Assembly: GCF_000143415.4 (NCBI RefSeq)
Contig: NW_003314325.1
Location: 962,086 to 1,026,085, forward strand
DNA length: 64,000 nucleotides
Direction of reading: 5' to 3'
Origin: Selaginella moellendorffii
Lineage: Eukaryota > Plantae > Lycopodiophyta
Part shown: piece after piece, positions 11,168 through 22,165 of the stretch
Position numbering within the stretch: position 1 is the stretch's first letter
Layout: each line of letters begins with the position of its first letter
Program-made: the position numbers and the translations under genes
The notes under the pieces: generated by a model
What the model was told of the DNA's origin: nothing
The model's input: the letters and a program-made list of their open reading frames with translations, nothing else
Database searches by the model: none

Positions 11168-13336
11168 ATGCCTGTCCAAATTCCATCCAAGAGAGCCCCT
11201 TCACACGATGATCTAGCTCGCCTTCTCCAATCGTGCACGGATCTTGAGCGCGCGAAGCGTATCCACAGCCGGATTCACGACTCGATCGCTCACGGGAGTG
11301 GCATCATTCTCGCAAATCTCTGCGTTGCCATGTACGCGCGATGTGGCAGCATTGTCGATGCTAGAGCTACATTCGATTCCATCAAGAACCCTAATGTTTT
11401 CTCCTGGAACATTATCCTTGCAGCATATGCCCGGGCAGGGCATCTGGATCAAGCCCAGCGTTTATTCCATGCTATGCCCTTTTGGCAGCGTGACGTGGTA
11501 ACATGGACGACCATGATTGCTGCGTACGCTCAGAACCAACGGCTCGATGAGGCCCAAGCTCTCTTTCTCTCCACTCCCGAGCACAACGCTGTCTCCTGGA
11601 ATGCTATGATCCAAGCATATGCTGCTTGCGGATATCTTTCCAAAGCAAAAGCTTGCTTTAATACTATGCCGGCTACTGATATTGTTTCCTGGAATATACT
11701 TTTATCTGCTTACGCCGAAAGCATGTTACTCGAGGAAGTAACTTTACTTTTTAACTCAATGCCTCAATGGGATCTTGTGTCCTGGAATACGTTCCTTGCA
11801 GCAAATGCCCATTCTGGGCATCTGTATTATGCAAAGCGCATATTCGATGAGATGCCCGAGCATGGCTCTTGCTCGCGCAGCGTCATGATCTACGCCTACG
11901 TTCACGCTGGATCCGTAGAGGACGCCACGAAAAACGTACCTCTCGGGGAAGACGATGTGGCATCTGGCAACGCGATTATCAGTGGGTGGTCACAGGCGGG
12001 AGATGTCCAACGAGCAAAGCTGGCGTTCGATTCCATGGGCCGCCGGGACCTAGTGACGTGGAATGCCCTCCTCGCCACGTACGCACACAATGGGATGTTA
12101 GTAGCAGCGGCTGCTACGCTGGACAAGATGCCCGAGAGTGACGTGGTGACGTGGATCACCATGATCTCTGCCTACTCACACCACGGCCACGTAGAGGAAG
12201 CCGAGAGGGTGTTCGCATCAGCACCTGGCGGTAACATGATGACGTGGAATGCCATGCTGTCGGCGTATGCCCACAACGGGTGTGCCGCGTCAGCGGAGTC
12301 CTTGTTCCGTACGATGCCACGTCGGGACAGAGTGTCGTGCAATACGATGATCGCTACGTTTTCACAGGCGGGAAAGCTGGGAAAATCCGAGGAGGTGTTC
12401 TTTCAGCTCTTGCCGAACGAGGAGAAAGGGATTACTTCTTGGAACGCGATGATCGAGGCATATGCCCGTAATGGCCATCTTGGAGACGCTCGAAAGCTCT
12501 TGGAGCTCATGCCCGAGTGGAACGCGGTAACCTGGACGACAATGCTTGGGGTTTTTGCCGATGCTGGCCTTGTAGAAGACGCAAAGTCCTTGTTTGATCT
12601 AGCACCAGAGAAGGATTGCGTGTGCTGCAATGCTATGATCCAAGCGTTTGTTGTAACTGGGCTCTTGGAAGAAGCGGAAGCAATGGTTTCGAGTCTTCCT
12701 TATGCCACCATATATGTTTGGTCAACGATGGTGGGAGCTTATGCAAACAGTGTAAAACTCCAGGAAGCCGAGGCTATGTTCTTTGCTATGCCAGAACGGA
12801 ATGTTACGTGCTGGAACGTTTTGATAACAGCATATGCCACGAATGGGCAATTAGAAACATCGAGAAATGTCTTTGATCGCATGCCAGAGAGAGACGTAGT
12901 TTCATGGTCGACGTTAGTCTCCTCGTTTGCTCACGGAGGACATCACCGCGAAGACTCCATGGGTATCTTCCGGGATATGGAATTGGAGGGCGATTGCGCT
13001 CCAGATGCCATATTCTTCTTGAGCATATTGAATGCTTCTAGGCAGCAGGGATTAGTGGATCAAGCATCACATTTTTTCACGTTGATGAGTGCCGAGCATG
13101 GGATTTTGCCATGGCAAGAACACTACAATGCGATGGTGGACACTTTGGGACGAGCGGGGAGAATAGCAGCAGCGGAAGAGCTCATAAACAACATGCCATT
13201 TGAGTCCCAAGTGGCTACGTGGGGATCGCTCCTCACATCTTGCAAGCGTTTTAGTGACAGATCCAAGAGGGCATCTTTGGCTTCCAAGAATATACTTGAA
13301 ATGGATCCCACAAATTGTGCCCCGTACCTTTTATAG
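11168..13336 (+). CDS. PLS-class PPR protein with E-like C-terminus and no DYW domain (RNA-editing factor type)
   Basis: Runs of 31-aa S-type motifs (MPERDVVSWxxMIxAY). C-terminal EHYNAMVDTLGRAG..AEELINNMPF...TWGSLLTSC. First ATG at 11168. Confidence 0.93.
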   Translation: MPVQIPSKRAPSHDDLARLLQSCTDLERAKRIHSRIHDSIAHGSGIILANLCVAMYARCGSIVDARATFDSIKNPNVFSWNIILAAYARAGHLDQAQRLFHAMPFWQRDVVTWTTMIAAYAQNQRLDEAQALFLSTPEHNAVSWNAMIQAYAACGYLSKAKACFNTMPATDIVSWNILLSAYAESMLLEEVTLLFNSMPQWDLVSWNTFLAANAHSGHLYYAKRIFDEMPEHGSCSRSVMIYAYVHAGSVEDATKNVPLGEDDVASGNAIISGWSQAGDVQRAKLAFDSMGRRDLVTWNALLATYAHNGMLVAAAATLDKMPESDVVTWITMISAYSHHGHVEEAERVFASAPGGNMMTWNAMLSAYAHNGCAASAESLFRTMPRRDRVSCNTMIATFSQAGKLGKSEEVFFQLLPNEEKGITSWNAMIEAYARNGHLGDARKLLELMPEWNAVTWTTMLGVFADAGLVEDAKSLFDLAPEKDCVCCNAMIQAFVVTGLLEEAEAMVSSLPYATIYVWSTMVGAYANSVKLQEAEAMFFAMPERNVTCWNVLITAYATNGQLETSRNVFDRMPERDVVSWSTLVSSFAHGGHHREDSMGIFRDMELEGDCAPDAIFFLSILNASRQQGLVDQASHFFTLMSAEHGILPWQEHYNAMVDTLGRAGRIAAAEELINNMPFESQVATWGSLLTSCKRFSDRSKRASLASKNILEMDPTNCAPYLL

Positions 13337-13789
13337 CATTTGAGTATAATTAAAATGTTTTCGGTACATTTTTAACTTAAATTTAGGTCAAGTAAAAATT
13401 TGTCCCTAAAAAGATATGTCTTAAAAGAAAAAGTTATCACCTTAACTTAAGTATTTTTTAATGTGCTACACAATATGAACAAAGGATTTAAGTTTGAGTG
13501 AATCATTTTTAAAACACCTTGTATATTGCTAATATTTTTAAATTTTGTACTTAAACCCTAATAATGAATTATAAAGTTGTTAGGCTATAGTGATAAGTTA
13601 AAATGTTATTAATATTAATTGAGGATTACTTGAATTAAAAAAATCATATATATATATATATAAGATAATGGTAAATAAATATGTTTTAACAGAAAAAAAG
13701 ATTATATTCTCTAGTATCCCTACCACCTGACTACTTGAATACTTAAATTAATTTTTAGTAAATTACCTTTAATATTTTTTTGAGCTTTA

Positions 13790-14500
13790 AATGAATACAT
13801 TATGTATTTGTATTGTTTTTGTAATTTATATATGAATCTATTGTATATTTTAGTTACAAAACTACATGTGAGTGATCTCTAAATGGACAGTTTGTCATGT
13901 TCGATTCACGCATTGCAACTGAATCTTCCTTGGCTTGATCATCATATTTTTCAATTGTGAAAAGAAAGCAGTTAGAAGAGACTAAAATATTTGGAGGATT
14001 TGTCAATAAGCTCTCTTGATTGGATTATTTCAAAACTAAATTGAAGGTTAAAGTAGTTTAAATAGTAAAAATTTATTAAAATTTTTGTGGTAGAATTTTT
14101 TTAAAAAGTTTAATAATAATTTGGAATCAAATGGTAAAAATTTTAAAGGATGGATAGAATATTATTATTGCTAACAAGTATATTATTAAATACATGTAAA
14201 ACTCAAAAATTAATTTTATATCTATAAAGTAAAATTCATTATGAATCCAAAATTTTAAAAAAATTGATTGAGTTTCAAGATGTTTATGAGGCTTATAAAC
14301 ATCTTAAAACTCAATAATTATTTTTTAAGTTTGCATATATACAACTTTAAATCATGGAAAAAATATGTATTAATCATTATGCTTTATATATCTTAGCATA
14401 AAAATAGCATAACAAAATAATATTTATGAAAATTAAGAATGCATAATACACATATTATTTCTTCTAAAATGCTTTTAAAATATATTAAGTTGAAGAAAAA
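13790..14500 (+). repeat. AT-rich direct repeat, copy 1 (copy 2 at ~17960-18400), containing a ~40-bp-arm hairpin at 14248-14333
   Basis: Shared blocks TATTTGTATT.TTTTTGTAA, GGAATCAAATGGT, TATTGCTAACA, CATCTTAAAACTCAATAA, TAATCATTATG. Confidence 0.75.
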
Positions 14501-16443
14501 CATTTTATCCTTGTACTTTTGAGTGTAATAAGTTATTTGGAAATAAATGATAATATAAATTATTATGTAAAATTTTAAATTTGAAATGGGAAAAAAGCAA
14601 CAAGCTGAAATGAGTTGTAAATAATGGAATTGGATTAGATTAAAAGGTTCTTGCAAGTAATAGTCAATAAGAACTCTTATTCCTAAGATTTTGATATTTA
14701 AAATTTACTTTGAACAAAAGAATAATATTTTAATTTTTACTTTCTATGTACTCAGATTTTTGGATAGAGCCAAATATTACTTAGTTTAAGTATTTCTAAT
14801 TACTATATTGCTACCATTTTTTTTGGAGCATTTTAAACTTGTAGTGAAAGAACACTTCTAGTATGTAAAAATTACACTTTGTCAAATACCCTCTTGTACT
14901 TTTTTTAGTGTTATTTAAATTATGTTTTATTTTTCAATTTAGCTGCTTATTTATTTCTTTTTCCTGATGCCTTGGCTTGCTTTGCTTTCTCTTTTGTCTC
15001 CAAACATAAAATATACTTGTCATTGGTGAGAGATGCCCCATAAGGTATCAAGACAAATTGTTATCACACATGAATTTGTGATTAATGCATGACAAATATC
15101 ATCAAATGTAAAGCTATTGGTGGTGGATCTTCTCTTCCAATGCTTAAGTTCTCAATATCTTCTCCCAAGCCCATGGCAAGAAGAAATATCCCCAAGATGT
15201 CATTCCTACTATTGAGATTTGCATACAAACAAATAAAAAAAGATGAGAGCTCTTTTTTGGTACATGATTGAAATTGTCTTTCACATTTCCAAGGATCCAT
15301 TGATGTTAGATGCATAGGATATTATCTAGTCTTCTTGAATCCAACTACAAAGTTTTTTGGTAACATGGCCTCATCCATAGGCATTTCAATTAGCACTTTT
15401 GTAGGAGTAAAAGAAGAATTGCAATGGGAGATTCAGATGGGATTGTTTCAAGTAAAAAGCATAAGTGTGATTTGTAGGCTTCACATCAAGTGTCCCAACA
15501 TTTTCACAAGCTTATATAATACCTTCAAGAGACAAGGTGAGTTTGTCGCCTTTTGTATCATCTCCTTAACTAAGCTCTGGTGGCTTGTTAGAATTTTGAT
15601 CTTGATTGTTTGTTTTGTTTATGTTAAAATCTCAAGTTTGGTATTTAAATTTCTTAAATTGTTCTACTTCATGCTTGTGATTCCTTTCAATGTTGGATTT
15701 TTGAGTTTTAAAGTTGTAATTCTTGAATGGGTGAGTTTCAAGATTATAATTTTCACTTCTTAGATCATTATTTAAAATGGCCATGCCTTTAATCCAAGAT
15801 TGCCACATCAGTTGCCTATGATTATATTTATACATTGAAGTTTTATTATTATTTCACAAAGAGTGAAATTCAAGATTTCTTTAGTGTACAATAGCTGGTG
15901 CCCCAAAACTTTCCACGGCAGACTTTTCCTTGGACAAGTGAGGTTTGTGGGGCGTTAGTGAAGCAGATCTGGAGCCTCTAGCGGCACCACAAGATGAACA
16001 TGCACGATGGGTAAAGCTTTTGAAAAACTTTTCCAGGCTACTATTGTTGCAATGTTTCACGTTGCACAAAGGCCTATGATGTCTAGGCAACCTTGAAGGC
16101 CACCTACAAACAGCAAGCTCTAGCCAACATGGTGTATACTTAATTTAAGTGACTATGGTGACCATGGACATTGAAAAATTCCCCCAAAGATCACTTGACA
16201 AAAAACAAGATGGATATGTATGTGGAAAAGAAAGAGCGGGGCAAAATTCATTCAAGAATCTAACCTCAAAAAAAGTATATGAAAGCGTGTGAGGATTTCT
16301 GTAAAAATTGTGAGAACTGGGTGGAGCTATGACATTTGTCCCAGCTATGGCGCCCTTGGCGGGAAATTTTAACAAACCCTTTGAGCATATTGGAATATCC
16401 GCTTTTATGAAGTCCTTTGCATGGTTAAAAGGTTAGGGCATTC

Positions 16444-17811
16444 ATGGAGAGAGCAGAGGCTGCGAGGAAACGGCGGCGCGTAGCCGGGTATGATACAGGG
16501 GAATCCTGGCAGCAGATCAAGGCGCTAAATTGCAAGGATCTGGTCAAGCCCAACCAGGTGACCATTGTTCCTTACATGGACGCTCGTAATCGAGGCTCTT
16601 TTCTTTTCGTGGGGTCACCGGACATGGATGAATTGCTGTGGCACTGCCTGTCTCTCGAACCCGGGCAAGAGCTTGTTGTTGTCGGTCCCAAGGGCACCGG
16701 CAAAAGCTGCCGGTTAAGGGCAATGGCTGCCGCGCTCTATGCGCGTGGCCCGGAGAAGAGTGTGATCGTTTGCGTGTGGAACTTGGAGAGTGCCAGCTCG
16801 CCGGCTGTGTTGCTGCGACGGCTGCTTGATGGGCTACGCTTTGCATACTCGGGCGCGGACGAGCACAAGCCGGTTCTCGAGGCTCTCGAGGCTCTTTGGA
16901 GGATGGGCGTGAGCGTAGCGAGGCTTCAAGAGTTTCTCAGGGAGAGGGCAGCCGCTGGTGACGATTTTACATTCGTTGCTGACGGTGCCGAGGCTCTGGA
17001 TACTCGCGATTACAGTGGCACCAAAAAAGTGGGCTCTAAGGAGCTGAAAGATACCTTGTTGACGCTCGAAGCCATCGTTTCTCCCTACAAAATCGTGTGG
17101 GGCGCGTCCCCGGAAGCGCGCCAGGCAGAGGCCGCCGACTCGGAGCGAGTAGCGATCTATTGTGTCGGAGGTTTTACCAAGGTTTGGTCGTTTCTATACT
17201 TCTCGTGCTCGCCAACTAAATCCCGGCTGCAGGAACAAAGGGAAGTCTTTCTTCTTCACTCCGTGCTGGGAGCCGTCGTAGCTGGTGATGTGCAGCGGAC
17301 CAAGGACATGGATTTCTTCGCTGGTTTCCATCCCCAGTTTCTGGATGAGCTGGATGGGGCTTGCATGGAGATAGCTCGGATCAAGCAGGCAGGCGGACGC
17401 AAATCAAGGCTTTTGTGGGGGGACACCGTGAGACTTGCTCCACCGGTTGAGCTGGAGCCACATGAAGTCTCTTTACTTTTGAAAGACGAGGAAGATTGGC
17501 AGAGGGTGCTCCTGGAGTTTATCAACGGACGAACAATGTCTTTCGTCCGCAGATCAGTCCAGCAAGTCGTGCGAATGTTGGACAATGCAGAAGCTATATG
17601 CAACTTCCACGGGAAAGCGCAAACGATCGATAAGGATCCAAGGTACTCTGTATCAGAGCACGAGTTCTGCTCGTGTTTCGTGGAGCAGATCTACATGGAG
17701 GAGTTTCGAAAGGCCCAAAGCTGTCCTCAGCAGGAGCATGCAGCATGGTGGAATATATTAAGAGGTAATGACTGGCAAGCAAGACTAAAAGGCAAGAACT
17801 CCAGTGCATGA
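16444..17811 (+). CDS. P-loop NTPase, Crinkler-associated NTPase-like; probable in-frame intron 17182-17232
   Basis: Walker A LVVVGPKGTGKS and Walker B-like FTFVADG. Later motifs WGAS, GGFT, AGFHPQFL and DPRY follow the order remembered for fungal CRN-type NTPases. Splice sites AAG|GTTTGG ... CTGCAG|GAA. Confidence 0.65.
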   Translation: MERAEAARKRRRVAGYDTGESWQQIKALNCKDLVKPNQVTIVPYMDARNRGSFLFVGSPDMDELLWHCLSLEPGQELVVVGPKGTGKSCRLRAMAAALYARGPEKSVIVCVWNLESASSPAVLLRRLLDGLRFAYSGADEHKPVLEALEALWRMGVSVARLQEFLRERAAAGDDFTFVADGAEALDTRDYSGTKKVGSKELKDTLLTLEAIVSPYKIVWGASPEARQAEAADSERVAIYCVGGFTKVWSFLYFSCSPTKSRLQEQREVFLLHSVLGAVVAGDVQRTKDMDFFAGFHPQFLDELDGACMEIARIKQAGGRKSRLLWGDTVRLAPPVELEPHEVSLLLKDEEDWQRVLLEFINGRTMSFVRRSVQQVVRMLDNAEAICNFHGKAQTIDKDPRYSVSEHEFCSCFVEQIYMEEFRKAQSCPQQEHAAWWNILRGNDWQARLKGKNSSA

Positions 17812-17959
17812 TGGAGGAACGCATTCGCTAGCAGAGCTTTTCAAGCTTGCTGCCAACTTTGGTATTTTGGAATAAATAAATCTTAAATACTCAATTATGC
17901 TATAGAGGAGCTCTCAGAGTGCAATAATATAATGAAACAAGAACCCGAATTTGAACAAT

Positions 17960-18400
17960 ATATAAACACTTTATATATTTGTATTATTTTTGTAAATTAT
18001 ATTTGAAGCTTAAGGATTAAATATGTGAAACTCCATTTGACTTTGAAACCAAATTTGAAGTAATTTAAATAGCAAAAAGTTATTAAGATTTATGTGGTAA
18101 AAACTTGGAAAAATATTTAGTGATTATTCGGAATCAAATGGTGGAAATTTTAAAAGAATGGATGGAATATTACTTACTATTGCTAACATAAAATATGTGT
18201 AAAAACTTAAAAATTAAGTTTATGTTTATAAAGGATAAGTCATTATGAATCCTCATAACATCTTAAAACTCAATAAAAAAATTTTAAGTTTATGGAGAAA
18301 ATACACTAATCATTATGTTTTTATATATCTTAGCATAGCAATAACATACTTTCAAAATATTATATGTTAAGTTGAAAATAAATTTTTTTATTAGTGCATT
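17960..18400 (+). repeat. AT-rich direct repeat, copy 2
   Basis: Similar to 13790-14500; left arm of the hairpin is deleted. Confidence 0.75.
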
Positions 18401-18549
18401 ATAAATTTCAAGAGCATTTATGATAAAAAAAATATTTTTTAAATGCTACTTAGCATTCTTATTATCATTTATTAAAATTAAAAATGTGAAGTCTAAGTAT
18501 ACAGCATCGTAGCCGTACATTTCTGTATTTCATTTCCATATTCCAATAG

Positions 18550-18558
18550 AAACCCTAA
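18550..18558 (+). promoter_or_regulatory. Telo-box-like AAACCCTAA upstream of the CbiA-like gene
   Basis: AAACCCTAA lies ~25 nt upstream of the ATG at 18580. Confidence 0.35.
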
Positions 18559-18579
18559 AACTTGGAGTGTGAGAATGCG

Positions 18580-21500
18580 ATGAGGGCGATCGTTGTGGCG
18601 GGGACATGCAGCGGGGCGGGCAAGAGCAGCATCGCGCTCGGCCTCATGGCGGCCTACACGCGCCGCGGCCTTCGCGTCCATCCATTCAAGATTGGCCCCG
18701 GTGAGTGATAAATGCTCTTGAGCTCTAAGATTCCTACCTCCTCCGCGCTCTAGATTTCTCGGATCCAATGCATCACAAGGCCGCGACGGGGCACGATTCT
18801 TACAATCTGGATAGCTGGATGATGAGCAGGCGAGTGAAAATCCCAAGAACTCTTCGCGAATTTTGATATCCCTTTGTATTCTCCAGAGAGGCGAACCAAG
18901 CGTGCTTCATTCGATGCGCTCCAGCTACTGACGTTGCAATCGTGGAAGGAGTCTTTGGAATGTTTGATGGCCGCGATGGGAAATCCGAGGCCGGAAGCAC
19001 TGCCGAAATGGCCAAGATTTTGGGAGCTCCGGTTCTTCTCGTGCTTGATACCAGAGGATTTGCTCGAAGTGCCGCAGCTTTGATTCGAGGATACACCGCT
19101 TTCGATCCAGAAGTCACCTTTGCTGGAATTATCTTCAACAAGGTTTGCTACTAAGTTTTCTCGTTCCTAGTTTATCTTTTTTCTTGTTTTCTTCTATGTA
19201 GCTGGAGAGCTCCGCTCACAAGGCTTGGCTTATGGAAGCTGTGTCTGCCATCGATTCAAGCGTTAAAGTTCTCGGTGGCATTCCTATCGTAGACGGCTTG
19301 CATTTGGCTGAGAATCAGTTCTACCCGAGCCTGAGTGGTGAAGAAGCAGTACCGGCGAGCTACATTCAAGTTTTTGCCGATTTGATTGAGCATCACGTCG
19401 ACTTGGATGGTCTGTTAGAGGCTGCCGGTGTGTGGAAGCCAAAGGGTGGCCCGAACTTTTACTTGGAAAACATCCGTTCAGCGCTGCCTTATGCCAAAGT
19501 CCGCATCGGAGTCGCGAGGGATGCTGCCTTTTGCCTCTATTACCAGGAGAATCTCTCGTTGCTTCAAGGTAATTATTTCGTTTTTCTCTCTTAAGTTGCG
19601 GATTTCTTGTCCTTCTGACAGACGCCGGAGCAGAAATAGTTTTCTTTTCACCTTTGAAGGACTCCCTCCCGACGAGACTGGATGCTATTATCTTTGGAGG
19701 TGGCTATTTGAAGCATCACTTGGAGAAGCTATCTCTGAACAAGAAACTCCTCTACGCGGTGCGAGCATTCGCTGATGCCGGAGGAATTATCTATGGAGAA
19801 GCTGGAGGCGCTATGTACTTGTCACAAGGCATCGAGGTATGGTGTCCAAATGTTAGTTCTTGCGTGGTGCAGAATGACGTTGTCCTTGCAGACAGACAAG
19901 CACCAGCCGTTCACTATGTGCGGCGTTTTTCCTTTTTGGACACGAATGAAATTAGGAGCGACAACAAAAGAATATGTCAAGGTTTGTTTGGTTTTCATTA
20001 TTTGCTTCTTCGTTCGACATTATCAAGAATAAACAGGCAACAACACAAGAAAGTTGCGTATTGTTTCCTCCTCATATTGGCGAAATTCGCGGATACATGT
20101 TAAACTGTAGCGAGGTCTTTTGGCTGCAGGCAGATGGTATAAACATCTGTCCGAGAGGGTACGCCAGTTTATTTGTTTGTTTATTGTCATTTTGATTTTG
20201 TGAATTGCGACAGGTTCGTGTTGAAGTATGAAACCTCAGAAAAGATGGAAGAAGTAGAAGGCTACATGCAAGGAAATGCAATGGCTACGTTTGCGCGGCT
20301 TCATTTCGGCAGCAACCCGGCTATAGTTCACGCTCTCATAGAGCGCTGCAGGTTTGCTCATTCGCCTTTTGCTCCTAACTTCTGACTTATGGCTGAAAAA
20401 TCTTCCAGAATGGATTCGTCCAAAGCTGCTGCCGTTGCCGCTGCTTCTGCTTCTGCAGTAGCGCATGCCGGCCCAGCAGCAGCAGCGGCCGCTGGCTCGG
20501 CTGCAGCAAGAGCTGTGACAGCGGCCCTCGGAGAATCGAGGGAGATGTCCCCTTCCCGTATGGAACGCACAAAGTTTCACGGCAAGCTATCTAGTGGTGA
20601 GTGGAGTGAGCGCGGAAGAGATCCGTTTAGGAGACATACAAGGTCTCTCAGTTCAAGTCCTGTTTACACACGCCTTACTATCGACGAGGAGTGTCCCGAC
20701 ATCGAAGTTGACATCAAAGAGACGACTGAGGATGGCTCTTCTGCCAGGATTGCAAGGTCTAAATCCGAGGTTTGGGATGCTCGCGGACAGGATGCTTTGT
20801 CCCCACAAGATCTTACAGAGGCTGTCACGTCGATGGATGATCAGTTCATAAGTGAGGAGGGTCGAGCAGCTGGGCGACAGTGTTTAGTGACGACGACAAG
20901 AAGAATGGACCCGAATCAAGGCATTTATGTGCCTTTCAACGTGAAAGTGATACCACACAAGATCGTGTCGCTCTTTCCAGTGGCTACGGAGATCCTTCTT
21001 AAGCTTGGTAAAGTTTCCTTGTATTTCTAGTAAAGTTGTACTGTGACACACGCTTTTAGTTTCTGGCAGGGGCTGGACACCGTTTGCTTGGGGTGACCGA
21101 TGCGTGTGATAAGCCGGCTGGAGTCAGAATGGGACGACATATTGTAAGTGTCGTGTTTTGCGCTTGAAAGGTTTTTTTACTATGTTCATGAAAACGTATA
21201 TTGCAGGTGTGTCGCAACCAGCAGCGATCCAGCATTGGGAAGGAGAATGAGTTGTCGTACAAACTCGATCTCCCATGGCTTTCGAAGACCAAGCCTCATT
21301 TAATTATCACTCAGGTTAGAAAATTTCTTTTGAGAATGTCATAACGTGAGGCTTTTGTTCATGCAGAAAGTGTGCTCTCTGTGCTACATGGATAGCAAAG
21401 ACGTGACTGAAGAGATTACCAGAGCAGGCCTCCAAGATACGAGGCTGTTCGTTGTAAATCCACACACGGTACGAGGAAATCTAGCTCTCCATAAGTCGGT

Positions 21501-22165
21501 GCTGATTTTCACTCCTTAGTTATCTGATATCTGGGCGTTCATCATGGATCTTGCGGACATGCTGGGTTTGTACAAGGAAGCCTGCCAACTTATAAACTCC
21601 CTCCGACTCCGCTTGAGAAGAATCGCTGCTAGTGTGGCTGTCCATCACCAGCCGAGACTGCTTCTCCTTCAAGGCCTCGATCCGCTTACTCTCGGGGGCC
21701 GATGGATTGCGGAGATGGAAATCCTGTCCGGTGCCTACGACGGCTTGCAAAAACCAGGCTGTGCGTCTGAGAGGCTACACTGGCAACGTATCACATCCTA
21801 CGCTCCCGAGTTTATTATTCTGGCTCCTTGTTCCACATCCGTCGAGCAGACATTGTCCGAGGTACTTGTTTACGATTCCCCATATCTTTGTCTGCTGATT
21901 TTCGTGCTTCCAGGTGCACAAGCTCGCCAGACAGCCGGGGTTTTGGTCCGTGCCGGCGGTGGAGTCTCGACAAGTCTACATTTGCGACGGATCATACTTC
22001 AGCCAACCCGGTTTGAGGGTGGTGGAGGGAATGGAGCTTGTGGCTCACATCCTCCACCCATCTACAGTCTCGGCTCCATCTGCCAGTGGAGTGCTGAAGC
22101 TTTCGCTCAAGCCGGGGCAAAAATGCCGTCCAGAGGAGCTCTACAGGCACTTTTTAGTCGAGTGA
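18580..22165 (+). CDS. Multi-exon fusion: cobyrinate a,c-diamide synthase-like (CbiA/CobB P-loop + GATase_3) - Ala/Ser-rich linker - BtuF/cobalamin-Fe-chelate periplasmic-binding-protein-like domain
   Basis: Spliced translation: MRAIVVAGTCSGAGKSSIALGLMAAYTRRGLRVHPFKIGPDFSDPMHH..SYNLDSWMM..IVEGVFGMFDG..GSTAEMAKILGAPVLLVLD..GIIFNK..RIGVARDAAFCLYYQENLSLL..GAEIVFFSPL..GGGY..YGEAGGAMYL..LHFGSNP, then KIVSLFPVATEILLKLGAGHRLLGVTDACDKP..KPHLIITQKVC..GGRWIAEM..APEFIILAPC..W SVPAVESRQVYICDGSYFSQPGLRVVEGMELVAHILHP. Introns include 18701-18753, 18830-18886 (GC-AG), 19143-19201, 19569-19621, 19837-19891, 19982-20036, 20352-20408 and 21008-21069. Confidence 0.88.

Noticed and set aside
18580-22165. Bacterial contamination or a cob operon
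   Set aside because: Spliceosomal introns throughout, plant genes on both sides and no other cob/cbi genes in the window.
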